Assembly (NCBI GenBank): GCA_023920165.1 | Contig: CP089277.1 | Location: 434,001-498,000 of the forward strand | Length of the DNA stretch: 64,000 nucleotides | Origin: Curvularia clavata | Taxonomy: Eukaryota | Reading direction: 5' to 3' | Shown: in pieces, positions 62,470-64,000 of the stretch | Layout of the letters: the number at the start of each line of letters is the position of its first letter | Position numbering within the stretch: the first letter of the stretch is position 1 | Notes under the pieces: generated by a model | What the model was told of the DNA's origin: nothing | The model's database searches: none | Seen by the model: the letters and a program-made list of their open reading frames with translations, nothing else | Made by a program: the position numbers and the translations under genes

Positions 62470-64000
62470 GAAGGAATTGTAGATCACGGCTGTACATGAA
62501 GAGGTTAAGATCACAAAATCTGTGCCTGACCCTAGAGGACTTCGCTATTGTTCCTGAAGAAACAGATAGTGTTACGAACTTCTATCGATGGCTGCTTTTT
62601 GAAACAGAGAGCGCATTCATCCAAATGGTCGGTTTGCACGAGACCGCTGCTTTATGTCCAAGTGTATCTATATTTCAACACCAAGAAATTATGACGAACA
62701 GGTAATATTGGAAAACGTCTTCTCTCCACCTCCCCTGGTGACTTTCTCCCATCTCCACTGCTCAGTCTTTCTGATCTGTGCCCGGTTCTTACTCATGAGA
62801 CCGTGATTGTCATGCGTATGGCTTCTTATGTTGAATCAATCTGAGTTACTGCACCTTTCAGCAAAGTCCCAACGCTGATATCAAAATTCAGAAGCGTACC
62901 TTCGAAGACTGTGATGTACTGGCTTGCGAAGAAGACTGACTCTGTGTCTGTCCCTGACCTTGTCCCTGACCTTGTGCGGCTGCGGAGGCGGGACCCAGCG
63001 GTGACGTAAAGACTACGGGTATCATGTTTGGATGTCAAGATGAATAGAGTGAATTATTTCGTTATCGAAAGCGTTATAGTAGTCGTGAAAAGCTGGCGAT
63101 ATCGTCTTTGCTCCACGCTACCCTCATATCTTATATACAATGTCAGGCCGTACAAGCCAATTTTTGTTCGCCCTTAGTGCAAAGATACGAGAGACACTAC
63201 AATTGCCCGATGACTTCCTCATGAAGTATTATGGACGCTAGTTGCACCTCAACTCCATCCTCCATAATACTTTCTGGGTGAGTAAACTAGCAGTACACTC
63301 AGCCTTGCAAAAATTTCCTAATTAGACGACTGGAAATAACCCTTGTGTTAGGCGTAAATCCCAAGGTAAGACGGGATATCAGTCTTCGAGGAGCCGGTAA
63401 CCAATGGGCTTATTTTCCTGCATCTTAGAGGATCCATTCTTCGCTACTTTGCTTGGCTTAGCCCCAGGGCGATAGGCGCACTGCCTTCAGCCGCATATCT
63501 TGGCCGTTCTGACTTCCGCATTCAGCACAACTTTTGCGAGTTTCCCGGTCCTCGGTTTAAGCCCCTGTCAGAAGACAACTATCGTGCACCTGAAGTAACG
63601 AGGCCCAAGGAAGTGGCGCGAGAGTAGCACTGCTTTGTCATGGTAAACTACACCGCGAGCAAGCCGAGAGGCATCAATACCAGATCACTTCTGGAACGTG
63701 TGTGACAAAAACGCACATGGAAGGGGTATTGCAACGACGTGCCGCCCCAAATGAATATATCCAGCGCAAACATAGCGAAGTAGTGACATCACCAAGGCAC
63801 CTGAAACCTTCAAGACACTGTCCTCTGTTACGCCTGACTTTCAAACCTGTCTTGCAAAAACATCACGCCGCCAGGTCACAGCCAGCTTGTTCCGCCCCAA
63901 GTTCTAAACTGAAATCCCACGCTAACGCCCCGCCACGCCAACGCTTCCCCCACGTTTTATACCAACAAAAAAATCACCCATCTCCCAACAATCACACCCA

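Noticed and set aside
62500..64000. Gene or mobile element right of the 5S copy
   Set aside because: Only short motif-less ORFs and a small tandem duplication (tgtccctgacct x2, ~62949-62972); probably the promoter of a gene beyond the window

Overview
Gene-dense eukaryotic chromosome segment from a filamentous ascomycete. Short GT-AG introns with CTRAC branch points and a dispersed 5S gene support this; a Dothideomycete/Pleosporales origin is inference. About 19 protein-coding genes could be assembled by hand-splicing: HAD-IIA hydrolase, HEIP1/REDIC1-like protein, PLC1, UPF1, Smr-domain protein, Use1-like SNARE, a small 3-exon protein, C2H2 transcription factor, glutathione peroxidase, PP2A activator, EamA/DMT transporter, Mbp1-type APSES/ankyrin factor, complex I B18 subunit, peroxisomal 4CL-like ligase, PTH11-like receptor, hemerythrin-domain protein, Argonaute, SPB1 and a YML020W-like protein. 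There is also one 5S rRNA copy. The most notable observations are: (1) a divergent Argonaute with an intact DEDD tetrad, an N-terminal CCHC knuckle and a C-terminal insertion; (2) a probable meiotic HEIP1/REDIC1 homologue with an apparent 1-nt frameshift; (3) a CaaX-ending Smr nuclease tail-to-tail with UPF1; (4) a ~1.5 kb multi-intron, uORF-rich leader on the C2H2 gene; (5) a candidate spliced, structured non-coding transcript between PLC1 and UPF1. All assignments rest on motif recognition by eye; no database searches were run.
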